A DNA stretch of 64,000 bases. Origin: Subdoligranulum sp. CAG:314. Lineage in GTDB: Bacteria > Bacillota > Clostridia > Christensenellales > CAG-314. The position numbers and the translations under genes were made by a program. Positions 16,975-25,678 of the stretch are shown here, in pieces. The notes below the pieces were generated by a model. It saw only the letters and a list, made by a program, of their open reading frames with translations, was not told the origin of the DNA and searched no databases. The DNA is taken from NCBI GenBank assembly GCA_000437915.1, contig FR901000.1, positions 37,235-101,234 on the forward strand, written 5' to 3'. Position 1 is the stretch's first letter; every line of letters starts with the position of its first letter.

Positions 16975-19347
16975 ATATCCCGTTTTCTTTCTGTTGTTAA
17001 TCAGTTCAAGCGCTATTCTGCCGACAACGCACACCACGACGGAAACCGCGACTGCGATGACAACGATCAGCGCGTGCCCCTTTACGTCTACCAGCCCGAT
17101 GAGGTTTCTGGCAAAGGGCACTGTCAGCCCCAGCGCCACCAGCGCCGCGCTGCCGAGAGCCACGCACAGGTTGACCCAATTGAACGGATAACACAATACG
17201 CACAGCGCAGCCACTCCCGACAAAGTCATTGCGATTGTTGACAGCGTCATAAGCTGCGCGTCGTTTATATTCGCCGGAGCGCCCAAGCCGAAACTCTCAT
17301 ACAGATACATAATCCCCACAGACAGACTCAAAGCCAGCCCTGACGGAATGGTTCTTATCAACGTATTTGAAATAAACCTGCCCGTAATAAGCTCCTTGTT
17401 GGGTTTAAGCGCCAAAAAGAACGAGGGCAGACCGATTACCAAAAACTCAATCAGATACAGATTGCGCGGCTCGAAAGGATATTCCCTGCCCAGGCAAATC
17501 ATGAGAAGCGTGGTGAATATGGTCATCGTCGTTTTCATCAGAAACAGGCTTGATGAGTTTTGTATGTTGTTTACCACGCGCCTGCCCTCAGCCACAACGC
17601 TCGGCATGGAAGAAAATTTGCTGTCGAAAAGCACAAGATGCGCCACGCTCTTGCTCGCCTGACTGCCCGCGCCCATGGCAACGGCGCAGTCCGCCTCCTT
17701 CATTGCCAGAATGTCGTTTACGCCGTCGCCCGTCATAGCCACAGTCTTTCCGTCAAGCTTGAACTGTTTTATAAGCAACGCCTTTTGCTCCGGATTGACT
17801 CTGCCGAAAACCGTGTAACGCCTGCTTGCCGCAACAACCTCCTCGTCCGTCATGCCGTCGAGGCTGACAAAGTTTTCCGCGTCGGGAACGCCCGCCTCCT
17901 TGGCAATGACGGAAACGGTCTGCGGGTTGTCGCCGCTTATAACCTTTAAGAGCACGTCGTTTTCTTTAAACCACTTGATGGTCTCTATTGCGTCGGGACG
18001 GACGGTGTCTTTGAGCACCAACAGACCGAGCTGAACCAGGTCGTCGGGCAATTCGTCGCCGCACATACATTTTTCGCTGAAAGCTACAAGCAGCACTCTC
18101 TTGCCCTGTTTGGCGTATTCATCGACGCTTTCCATGCATTTTTTTGCGGCGGGAACAAACTCGGGCGCGCCCACAACCAGAGTGCCACGCTCATTAAAGC
18201 TCACAGCGCTGTATTTCCGCGCGGAGGAAAAAGGAACGACCTTTGAAAAATTAAGCTTTCCGCCCGCTCCGAAATAATTTTCAAGCGCGCGCGCCGTCTG
18301 ATTTTTTTCGCCCGTAGCAGAAATAAACTCGGGCATAAGCTCGTAAAGAAGCCCGCTTTCTTCGCAAAGCACCGTTTCCACCGTCATTGTGCCGTCCGTG
18401 ATTGTCCCCGTTTTGTCGAGGCAGAGCACGTTTACGCGGGCAAGCATTTCTATACAGTACAAATCCTTGACCATCGCCTTTTTGGAAGCGAGCCTGATTA
18501 CGGAAACGGTCAGCGCAACGCTTGTCAAAAGCACCATTCCCGACGGAATCATGCCTATCATGCTGCCCGACGTCTGAATAAGCGCCTGCCTCCACTCCGC
18601 ATAACCGCCAAGCTGGTGCACGGTTGTAAAAAACGTGGCGATTCCAAGCGGAAAAATGATAATCGCCAGCACCTTGATAATGGCGTTTATCGAGCGCATA
18701 AGCTCGGATTTCGGCTTCTGATATTTTTTTGCCTTTGCCGCAAGCGTCTGCACGTAGCTCATCGCGCCCACCTTTTCCACCCGCGCAAGACAGCTGCCGC
18801 TTATTGCAAAGCTGCCGGAAAGCAAGGTGTCGTTTTGCGCTTTTCTCACAGGCTCGGACTCTCCGGTAAGCAGAGACTCGTCCGTTTCCAGCTGCCCTTC
18901 GAGCAGCACGCAATCGGCGCATATCTGATTGCCCGCTTCAATCTTTATTATGTCGTCGCGCACGACAGACGAAGCGTCGATTGTCTGCTCCCGCCCGTCG
19001 CGGATGACCTTGACCTGCGGCGCATTGAGCAAGGACAGCTTGTCGATTGTCCTTTTCGCCCTAATTTCCTGAACTATGCCTATTGTCGTGTTGGCGATTA
19101 TTATCACGCCGAAAAGAAGATTGGGATAGCTTCCGAGCGCCGCCATAAGAATCATTATGGCAAGCCCGAGCAAATTGAAAAATGTGAATATGTTGCCGAC
19201 AAAAATGGAAGCGTAGGATTTGCCCCCCGTGCGTTTGGTCGAGTTTCCTAAACCCGCGGCAAGCCTTTCCTCCGCCTCCGCCTGAGTAAGCCCAATCTCT
19301 GCGGGCTTCATGACCGAGATTATTTCCGTCGTTTCCTTGCGTTTCAT
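16954..19347 (-). CDS. cation-transporting P-type ATPase (HAD-IC family)
   Basis: DKTGTIT phosphorylation motif, TGES, MTGDGVNDILAMKEADCAVAMG, 10 TM-like segments. The ORF-track 5' extension was discarded and the start set at the ATG at 19347 (MKRKETTEII...). Confidence 0.9.
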   Translation of the reverse strand: MKRKETTEIISVMKPAEIGLTQAEAEERLAAGLGNSTKRTGGKSYASIFVGNIFTFFNLLGLAIMILMAALGSYPNLLFGVIIIANTTIGIVQEIRAKRTIDKLSLLNAPQVKVIRDGREQTIDASSVVRDDIIKIEAGNQICADCVLLEGQLETDESLLTGESEPVRKAQNDTLLSGSFAISGSCLARVEKVGAMSYVQTLAAKAKKYQKPKSELMRSINAIIKVLAIIIFPLGIATFFTTVHQLGGYAEWRQALIQTSGSMIGMIPSGMVLLTSVALTVSVIRLASKKAMVKDLYCIEMLARVNVLCLDKTGTITDGTMTVETVLCEESGLLYELMPEFISATGEKNQTARALENYFGAGGKLNFSKVVPFSSARKYSAVSFNERGTLVVGAPEFVPAAKKCMESVDEYAKQGKRVLLVAFSEKCMCGDELPDDLVQLGLLVLKDTVRPDAIETIKWFKENDVLLKVISGDNPQTVSVIAKEAGVPDAENFVSLDGMTDEEVVAASRRYTVFGRVNPEQKALLIKQFKLDGKTVAMTGDGVNDILAMKEADCAVAMGAGSQASKSVAHLVLFDSKFSSMPSVVAEGRRVVNNIQNSSSLFLMKTTMTIFTTLLMICLGREYPFEPRNLYLIEFLVIGLPSFFLALKPNKELITGRFISNTLIRTIPSGLALSLSVGIMYLYESFGLGAPANINDAQLMTLSTIAMTLSGVAALCVLCYPFNWVNLCVALGSAALVALGLTVPFARNLIGLVDVKGHALIVVIAVAVSVVVCVVGRIALELINNRKKTGYEKRTAA

Positions 19348-19353
19348 GGAAAT

Positions 19354-19382
19354 ATTATATCTTAACGGGTGACAAAAGTAAA
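19354..19382 (-). promoter_or_regulatory. promoter placing the TSS at or next to the ATPase ATG (leaderless candidate)
   Basis: The minus strand reads TTTACT-17nt-TATAAT-ATTTCC-ATG. There is no SD. Confidence 0.4.
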
Positions 19383-19395
19383 CTTTTTTCCCGAC

Positions 19396-19422
19396 AAAAA
19401 AAACGGCGGAGCAAAGTCCGCC
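19396..19422 (-). terminator. intrinsic terminator after the membrane-protein gene
   Basis: GGCGGA/TCCGCC stem followed by GTTTTTTTT on the minus strand. Confidence 0.6.
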
Positions 19423-19451
19423 TTTGTCAAAAATATTTATTTTAAGACCGT

Positions 19452-20177
19452 TTAAGCATCGTCTTCCGACTTCGCTTTGCCGTCGTCTGCGTTCTCCTCC
19501 TCTAAAAAGGACTCTTTCAGTTCTTCGCTGACGGTGTCGGCAATCGCCTCGGAAATTTCCTCCGCGACGGCGGGCGCGAAATTCCTGTATCCCACGAGCC
19601 GCGCAGGTCTCAAAGCGTAGCTCAATGCCAATGCCGCCCCTCCGCCTATAAGCGCGGTAAACCATTGCAGCGCGCCCATCATAACGGAAATCGTCTCCAT
19701 CTGCTTGACGTTGAACAGCAAAGGATAAATCCACTTTACGCCCACAAAATACAAAAAGGCGAATTTAAGCCCCGCCGCAAGCACAATCGCCGCCGCAGAC
19801 ACAAGCAAATTGTACCAGAATCTCTTTGTACTGCCCGAATCCACCCTCAACAGCCAGACGACGACTCCGAATATCACGACGTAAACGGCGTTTGAAACGG
19901 CGATAAAGGGTACGAGAAGCACGTTGGGATTGAGTCCAAGCCCCAGCGCGATAAAGGGCGTGACAATACCGACGCAGATTCCGCCGACAATGCCCGTTGT
20001 CATTGCGGCAATAAGCAGACACATATTGACAAAGGAGCCTGTAAGAAGCTGAATTTTACTCAACCCGACAAGCCACTGAACAATCAGCGTGACCGCCGCC
20101 ATAACGGCAATCCTCACTATTACCGACGCTTTTCCGGAAGCGTTTCCGAACAAAAACACTCTTTTCATATTTTTCAT
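19452..20177 (-). CDS. polytopic membrane protein, ECF-transporter S-component-like, with an acidic C-tail
   Basis: About 6 TM helices with Gly/Val-rich packing similar to ECF substrate-capture subunits. The C-terminal 50 aa are acidic. Family assignment is tentative. Confidence 0.5.
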   Translation of the reverse strand: MKNMKRVFLFGNASGKASVIVRIAVMAAVTLIVQWLVGLSKIQLLTGSFVNMCLLIAAMTTGIVGGICVGIVTPFIALGLGLNPNVLLVPFIAVSNAVYVVIFGVVVWLLRVDSGSTKRFWYNLLVSAAAIVLAAGLKFAFLYFVGVKWIYPLLFNVKQMETISVMMGALQWFTALIGGGAALALSYALRPARLVGYRNFAPAVAEEISEAIADTVSEELKESFLEEENADDGKAKSEDDA

Positions 20178-20188
20178 CTCCCGTTATA

Positions 20189-20386
20189 TTAAACCTTGTC
20201 GGAAGCTTTGTCAATCAATTTGAAATATTCCTCCCATTTATGCTCTCTCACGGGCATGGGCGGAGCGTTGTCAAAATAAAGCACCAGCGCGGGAGAAATT
20301 CCGTTGTAATTTTCCACCGTTTCAAAACGCACAAGATGTCCGTCTACAATCAGTTTTTTCAGTTTGGCATGATAGTTGAAGTACAT
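20189..20386 (-). CDS. small conserved-looking protein (65 aa), unknown function
   Basis: MYFNYHAKLKKLIVDGHLVRFETVENYNGISPALVLYFDNAPPMPVREHKWEEYF; GAGGT SD; 11 nt upstream of the next gene. Confidence 0.55.
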   Translation of the reverse strand: MYFNYHAKLKKLIVDGHLVRFETVENYNGISPALVLYFDNAPPMPVREHKWEEYFKLIDKASDKV

Positions 20387-20479
20387 ACCTCGATTTTTTT
20401 CAATTTTTTCCCACTTAAACTGCGCATTTGTGCATACGACAAAAAAAGACTAAAAAAAGGCGGTTTTTATCACATTCTT

Positions 20480-20519
20480 GCAAATGAACATATGCGCAGA
20501 TGCGCATATGTTCATTTGC
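20480..20519. repeat. perfect 19-bp inverted repeat with a 2-nt spacer
   Basis: GCAAATGAACATATGCGCA-GA-TGCGCATATGTTCATTTGC. A third half-site-like copy, TGCGCATTTGTGCAT, lies at 20421-20435 (13/15 identical). Confidence 0.9.
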
Positions 20520-20775
20520 GCCTTTACTTAAAATTCAAACGTCAGACAGAACAGCCCTCAAAAAACGCCCAAAAAAACAAGAACTTTCTGTCTCAAATCG
20601 CCGACAAAAAGCAACTTTTTCGGTCATTTTCCGTAAAACCGAAATTTCCCCTCCATGCCCCGAAAAAACGTCGCAAATTTCGACTTTCGCACCCGCTCGG
20701 CTCATAGCTTGTTTTTTTTCAACACATATTTGAAAAAAATTTAAAAACAAATATTTTCGCAATGTCAAAAAGTAT

Positions 20776-20820
20776 AAACAAAGAAAACGCCTGTCTGCCT
20801 TTAAAGCGCAGACAGGCGTT
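20776..20820 (-). terminator. intrinsic terminator after the lipoprotein gene
   Basis: 13-bp stem AACGCCTGTCTGC/GCAGACAGGCGTT followed by TTTCTTTGTTT on the minus strand. Confidence 0.7.
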
Positions 20821-20825
20821 TGCAA

Positions 20826-21926
20826 TCAGAAAGCCCAATAGAGATTTGGCATAGCCCTGCCGAAACTCACCGAGGATATGAGTCCGCTTTCGCGGCGCTC
20901 CCTAATCTTCGACCAGTTTTCAAAAAGACTGTCGTTGCCGTAGCACTCAAACGAGCCGGCTTCGGAATAAACGCCGCTTTCGGTCTCGACGACGCCCTGA
21001 TAATAATATACGAAGTGCCCTTCAAGCTCCAAATACTCCAACACCTTTATCCTGAGCGTTCTTATATCCGCTCCGTCCTCCTTTATTGCTTTGAGTTCAT
21101 TGACGAACGCCGCTTCATCGGGATTGTCAAAAGTCGCGTTTCCATCGAAAATTTTGTCGTCAACGTAAAAAGCGCAGCCGATTAGATACGGATAATTTTC
21201 TTCGGCGCGGCGCAGATATGTTTCGACGCTGCAACTTCCGTCGTTGTTGCCCAGTCCGAAATCGACTTGCAGCTTGCCGTCGGAAAACTTCCAATTGCCC
21301 GCAATTTCTTCGGCATTGTCGTTTATTTTCTTAAATTTCTGCCAATCGAAAACCATGCTTGTCACGAGAGGGCTTTGACTTTTTTCAAGCAGCAGCTCCC
21401 ACTCGTCGGCATAGTAAGGCGTTAAAACGTCTTCCTGCTTGTCAAACGTCGGATAGTAATAATCCTTGTACAACTCCCCTTTGACTCCGCCGCTCATAAC
21501 TATCCCCGACAGTCCGAGATAACGGATTGCCGCGCGGTTGAAAACGTCCGCCTTGTCCCACACCTTCTCGTTTTGCATGAGGGCTTTTGTTTCGACGACG
21601 AAAGCGTTGAGCTCCTCGTCCTCAAAGGTTTTGTCGAGAATATCCGTATCCAACTTAATTTTAACAGTCATCGTCTTATCCTGACTGAGATAATCCTCGA
21701 ATCTGACGTTTTTTATTCCGGCGTTTTTTTTCAGATAACTGTCCAAATCCTTGCTGCCGTCGGCTTTGCCGAGATTGAAAGTTACCTTGTCGGAATAGTC
21801 CCAGCTGCCGTTGCCGAATTGCAGCATCCCGACGTAACCGCTCTCTTTCGGTCCGCACGCCGCGAAAACAAACGCGCACAAAAACAAAATTGCCGACAGA
21901 ACCAAAATCGCTTTAATTTTTTTCAT
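20826..21926 (-). CDS. lipoprotein, unknown function
   Basis: Start trimmed to MKKIKAILVLSAILFLCAFVFAAC (lipobox FAAC) with SD AAGGAGGGAGG. The mature part has no recognisable domain. Confidence 0.7.
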   Translation of the reverse strand: MKKIKAILVLSAILFLCAFVFAACGPKESGYVGMLQFGNGSWDYSDKVTFNLGKADGSKDLDSYLKKNAGIKNVRFEDYLSQDKTMTVKIKLDTDILDKTFEDEELNAFVVETKALMQNEKVWDKADVFNRAAIRYLGLSGIVMSGGVKGELYKDYYYPTFDKQEDVLTPYYADEWELLLEKSQSPLVTSMVFDWQKFKKINDNAEEIAGNWKFSDGKLQVDFGLGNNDGSCSVETYLRRAEENYPYLIGCAFYVDDKIFDGNATFDNPDEAAFVNELKAIKEDGADIRTLRIKVLEYLELEGHFVYYYQGVVETESGVYSEAGSFECYGNDSLFENWSKIRERRESGLISSVSFGRAMPNLYWAF

Positions 21927-22046
21927 TTTTTTCCTCCCTCCTTTGTTTTGTTGATTATACACTTTAAGGTGCGTTGTGTCAATCCGTTTTTAGAATTTTA
22001 GTTGCAGCGTTTAAAAAAATCCGACAAAATGCGACAACATTTTATC

Positions 22047-22934
22047 TCAATCCGTAAAAATGCTTTTTCGCGCCAGCTTTTTTTCCAGCTTGCGCGCCGT
22101 AGGAGTCGCCGCCACGCCCCCCTGAGAGGTCTCCTTGAATTCAGGCGCCATCTTTTTGCCAACCTTGTACATTGCCTCGATTACTTCGTCGGGTGGAATA
22201 ATGCTGACCTGCCCCGCAAGGGCAAGGTCCGCGCTCGCGACGGCGTTTGCCGCCTGACTTGCGTTGCGAAAACTGCACGGAACCTGAACAAGTCCCGCCA
22301 CGGGGTCGCAGATAAGCCCCATGCAGTTCATGACGGCAATGGCAACCGCGTTTGCGCACATGGCGGGTGTCCCTCCCGCAAGATAAACCGCGGCTGCCGC
22401 CGCAATGGCTGCCGCCACTCCGCACTCCGCCTGACAGCCGCCCTCCGCGCCCGAAACCGTAGAATTTCGCACAAAAATAGCTCCGAAGCCCGCCGCAACC
22501 AACAGCGCGTCGAGAATTTCCTTCTTTGTGCTGTTGAGTTTGCGCGACGTTTCGATGAGCACCGCAGGCAGTATGCCGCAGGCTCCCGCCGTCGGCGCGG
22601 CGCAAATTCTGCCCATACCTGCGTTGACCTCGCAGCAGGAAAGCGCCATGGTCATTATGTTGTTGAGATAACTGCCGCCAAGCGTCTGAGACTCGGAATA
22701 CTGCGCTTGTTTCAGGCTCTGCCCCTTGATAAAATCCACGCCGGGCATATCCTGAGGCGCGTTCACCGCTTTTGCCGCGCTCGCCACCATTGTCTGATAA
22801 TGCTTTTCCAATCTGTCGTAAAGCATTTCCTCGCTTATGTCGCTGATTGACATTTCGTTTTGCGCGATGACCTCGTGCAGCCTTTTGTTTTCGGTTTTGG
22901 CTCTTTCCAAAAGCTCCTCTACATTGTTGTACAT
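22047..22934 (-). CDS. sdaAA: L-serine ammonia-lyase (iron-sulfur dependent), alpha subunit
   Basis: 295 aa. The Gly/Ala-rich core ...AAPTAGACGILPAVL...GAEGGCQAECGVAAA is typical of the SdaA alpha chain. Confidence 0.92.
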   Translation of the reverse strand: MYNNVEELLERAKTENKRLHEVIAQNEMSISDISEEMLYDRLEKHYQTMVASAAKAVNAPQDMPGVDFIKGQSLKQAQYSESQTLGGSYLNNIMTMALSCCEVNAGMGRICAAPTAGACGILPAVLIETSRKLNSTKKEILDALLVAAGFGAIFVRNSTVSGAEGGCQAECGVAAAIAAAAAVYLAGGTPAMCANAVAIAVMNCMGLICDPVAGLVQVPCSFRNASQAANAVASADLALAGQVSIIPPDEVIEAMYKVGKKMAPEFKETSQGGVAATPTARKLEKKLARKSIFTD

Positions 22935-22948
22935 AATTATTTCCGCCT

Positions 22949-23623
22949 TTATTCCTCGTCGTCCACGTAGATCAGTCTGACCTCGTTTACGCCGTCAAGC
23001 TGTTCGAGCAACGGCTTTATATGCTCGGGAAAAACCTCGTCCGTCTCGATTACCGTCGTCGCGGTGCCGCCCTTGTCGTCGCGGGAAAGCCGCATAACCG
23101 CAATGTTGATTCCCTGCCATGCCAGAAGCTGCGTAACAGAGTTGATGACACCGCGCTTGTCTTGCTGCCTAATCACTATTGTCGGCTGCTCGGCGGTTAT
23201 TTCGGTATCCGCTCCGTCCAGTTTTGTTATCAGAATGCGCCCTCCGCCTATACTGCTGCCCTGCACCTCGCTCTTTGTCCCGTCCGTGTTGTAAAAAGTA
23301 ATCAGACAGGTGTTTTCGTGCACGTCCCCCAAATCCGTTTCGTAAAACTCGTATTTGATGCCCTGCAAACGCGCGTATTCGTAAGCGTCCTTAAGCCTTT
23401 CGTCGTCGGCAAGAAAACCCAATGTTCCCGCAAGCAACGCTTTGTCCGTTCCGTGCCCGAGTCCGGTTTCGGCAAAGCTTCCGTGCAGACCGAACGTAAC
23501 CTTGTAAAACGGCTTGTAGCAAATGTCGTTGGCGATTTTCGCAAGACGCGCCGCGCCTGCCGTGTGGCTCGACGACGGGCCTACCATAATGGGACCGATT
23601 ACGTCGAAAATACTTATATTCAT
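22949..23623 (-). CDS. sdaAB: L-serine ammonia-lyase, beta subunit
   Basis: MNISIFDVIGPIMVGPSSSHTAGAARL plus a C-terminal ACT-like domain. Start trimmed to the ATG at 23623. Confidence 0.92.
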   Translation of the reverse strand: MNISIFDVIGPIMVGPSSSHTAGAARLAKIANDICYKPFYKVTFGLHGSFAETGLGHGTDKALLAGTLGFLADDERLKDAYEYARLQGIKYEFYETDLGDVHENTCLITFYNTDGTKSEVQGSSIGGGRILITKLDGADTEITAEQPTIVIRQQDKRGVINSVTQLLAWQGINIAVMRLSRDDKGGTATTVIETDEVFPEHIKPLLEQLDGVNEVRLIYVDDEE

Positions 23624-23740
23624 CCGTTGTCTTCCTTTGAAAACCAAGCTGTTTTCGATGGAATTATAACAAAGGCTGACCTCTAATGCAATTTATTGAT
23701 TGATGTAGAACGGCAAAATATAATGAAAAAAATTCATATT

Positions 23741-23766
23741 TAAAACCCGCAGATTTTTCTGCGGGC
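23741..23766 (-). terminator. intrinsic terminator after the glycosylase gene
   Basis: CCCGCAGA/TCTGCGGG stem, then TTTTAAAT on the minus strand. Confidence 0.6.
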
Positions 23767-23770
23767 TTGA

Positions 23771-24238
23771 TTAAAAGTTTTTCAAAGCGTCCAGCCATTT
23801 TTCGCGGTCAAACCGCACGTTTGCCGGACTTGTGGAGGGCAAAAGCACCGTGTTTGCGTCAATATCGGGAAAATATCTGTTGAGCAGCTTAAAAGCCGTC
23901 GTGCCGTTGCAAAGGATTGTTTTTATGCTGCCGCCTTTTATCAGCCTGTCCACTTCGTTGGGTTTGAGACACACGAGAGAGCTGTCCGACGAGCCCTTTA
24001 TTTCGCATTCGCAAACGACGTCCCACAGGGCGATATGCCATTCAAGCAGAAACGCTGCTTTGTCAGACGGAGCGGCGTATTTGTCAAGCCCCAACGCCTC
24101 CTCCAAAACGCCCCAGAAACGGTTTTGTTTGTTGCCGTAATAAAAGGAAACCTCGCGGCTCTTTACGCTCGGGAAGCTGCCTAGAATCAACAGACGGCAA
24201 TGCTCGTCGAATATAGGCGGAAAACTCTTAAAGCTCAT
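23771..24238 (-). CDS. DNA-deoxyinosine (hypoxanthine) glycosylase, UDG superfamily
   Basis: LLILGSFPSVKSREVSFYYGNKQNRFW and PSTSPAN motifs; 155 aa. Confidence 0.75.
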   Translation of the reverse strand: MSFKSFPPIFDEHCRLLILGSFPSVKSREVSFYYGNKQNRFWGVLEEALGLDKYAAPSDKAAFLLEWHIALWDVVCECEIKGSSDSSLVCLKPNEVDRLIKGGSIKTILCNGTTAFKLLNRYFPDIDANTVLLPSTSPANVRFDREKWLDALKNF

Positions 24239-24240
24239 TT

Positions 24241-25665
24241 TCAGACCTTGATTTCGCTGTCCGACTCGGTTGTCGGATTTGCTTCAAGCAGCGGACAAAC
24301 CACGTCGGCGAGATAGCGCTCCGTCTGCTTTTGGGCGCGTCCGACAAACAGCGCGGGGTCGGTAAGCCTGTCGAGGTTGATTTTCTCGAATTCACGCCTT
24401 TGCGCAAGCAGTTCAATCAGATTGTTTTCTCCGCCGTTTTTCTTGACGTTTTCGGCTGCCTGCATGGAACAGACACGGATAATTTCGTGCAGCTCCTGTC
24501 TGTCTCCCCCCTGCTTGACCGCTTCCATAAGTATAGATTCCGTCGCCATAAAGGGCAGCTCCTCTCGGACGTGCTTTAAAACAACCTTTTCGTAAACGAC
24601 GGGCGCGGAGGTAATGTTTTCGTACAGGCTCAAAACCCCGTCCAAAGCAAGAAACGCCTGCGGTATGGTTATGCGGCGGTTAGCGGAGTCGTCAAGCGTC
24701 CTTTCAAACCATTGCGTGGACGCGGTGACCGCCTCGTTCAAGGGCAAGGTCAAAACAAACCGCGCCAGACTGCCCATACGCTCGCTGCGCATGGGATTGC
24801 GCTTGTAAGCCATTGCGGAGCTGCCTATCTGATTTTTTTCAAACGGCTCCTCCATTTCCTTGCGGCTTTGCAGAATGCGCATATCGTTGCTGAACTTGTA
24901 AGCGCTCTGAGCGATTGCGGACAGTGCGGACAGAACCGTGTAGTCGAGCTTGCGCGTGTAAGTCTGTCCCGACACGTCGAAAACCTTGTCAAAGCCCATT
25001 TCCTTAGCCACGAATTTTTCCAGCCTGTCAACCTTGTCGCCGTCGCCGTCAAACAGCGTGAGGAAACTCGCCTGCGTTCCCGTCGTGCCCTTGACGCCTC
25101 TGAGCTTCAACTGAGACAGGGCAAAATCCAACGCTTCCAAATCCATAAGCAAATCCTGAATATAGAGCGTGAATCTCTTGCCTACGGTTGTCAGCTGAGC
25201 AGGCTGCAAATGGGTGTACGCCAGACAAGTCAACGACTTGTAGCGCTCGGCAAGATTTTTAAGGTTCTTCACGACGGCAAGCAGCTTGTTTCTGATTTCA
25301 AGCATCGCCTCGCGGAAAATGATTATGTCGCCGTTGTCCGTGACAAAGCAGCTTGTGGCGCCGAGATGTATTATCGGCTTGGCGTGAGGCGCAACCAGCC
25401 CGAATGCATACACGTGCGCCATAACGTCGTGCCGCACCTCTTTTTCGCGGCGGGCGACCGTTTCGTAATCGATATTGTCAAGATTGCTTTCCATTTCGGA
25501 AATCATCTGCTCCGTGATTTCCAGACCGAGCGCCTTTTCACCCTTTGCCAGAGCAAGCCACAGCCTGCGCCAGATGCCGTAACGATTGTCGTCTGAAAAA
25601 ATGCGCTGCATATTTTTGCCCGCGTAACGGGTGCAAAGCGGATTCTCGTAAACGCTGCCGCTCAT
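24241..25665 (-). CDS. purB: adenylosuccinate lyase
   Basis: 474 aa. Fumarate-lyase superfamily signature GSSAMAYKRNP and PurB-type N and C termini. Confidence 0.95.
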   Translation of the reverse strand: MSGSVYENPLCTRYAGKNMQRIFSDDNRYGIWRRLWLALAKGEKALGLEITEQMISEMESNLDNIDYETVARREKEVRHDVMAHVYAFGLVAPHAKPIIHLGATSCFVTDNGDIIIFREAMLEIRNKLLAVVKNLKNLAERYKSLTCLAYTHLQPAQLTTVGKRFTLYIQDLLMDLEALDFALSQLKLRGVKGTTGTQASFLTLFDGDGDKVDRLEKFVAKEMGFDKVFDVSGQTYTRKLDYTVLSALSAIAQSAYKFSNDMRILQSRKEMEEPFEKNQIGSSAMAYKRNPMRSERMGSLARFVLTLPLNEAVTASTQWFERTLDDSANRRITIPQAFLALDGVLSLYENITSAPVVYEKVVLKHVREELPFMATESILMEAVKQGGDRQELHEIIRVCSMQAAENVKKNGGENNLIELLAQRREFEKINLDRLTDPALFVGRAQKQTERYLADVVCPLLEANPTTESDSEIKV

Positions 25666-25678
25666 AAAACCTCCCTTT

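Noticed and set aside
19348-19734. 129-codon 5' extension of the P-type ATPase ORF in the track (926 aa).
   Set aside because: The extension overlaps the 3' end of the upstream membrane-protein gene and its terminator, and is Arg/Gly-rich nonsense. The ATPase homology begins at MKRKETTEII (ATG at 19347).
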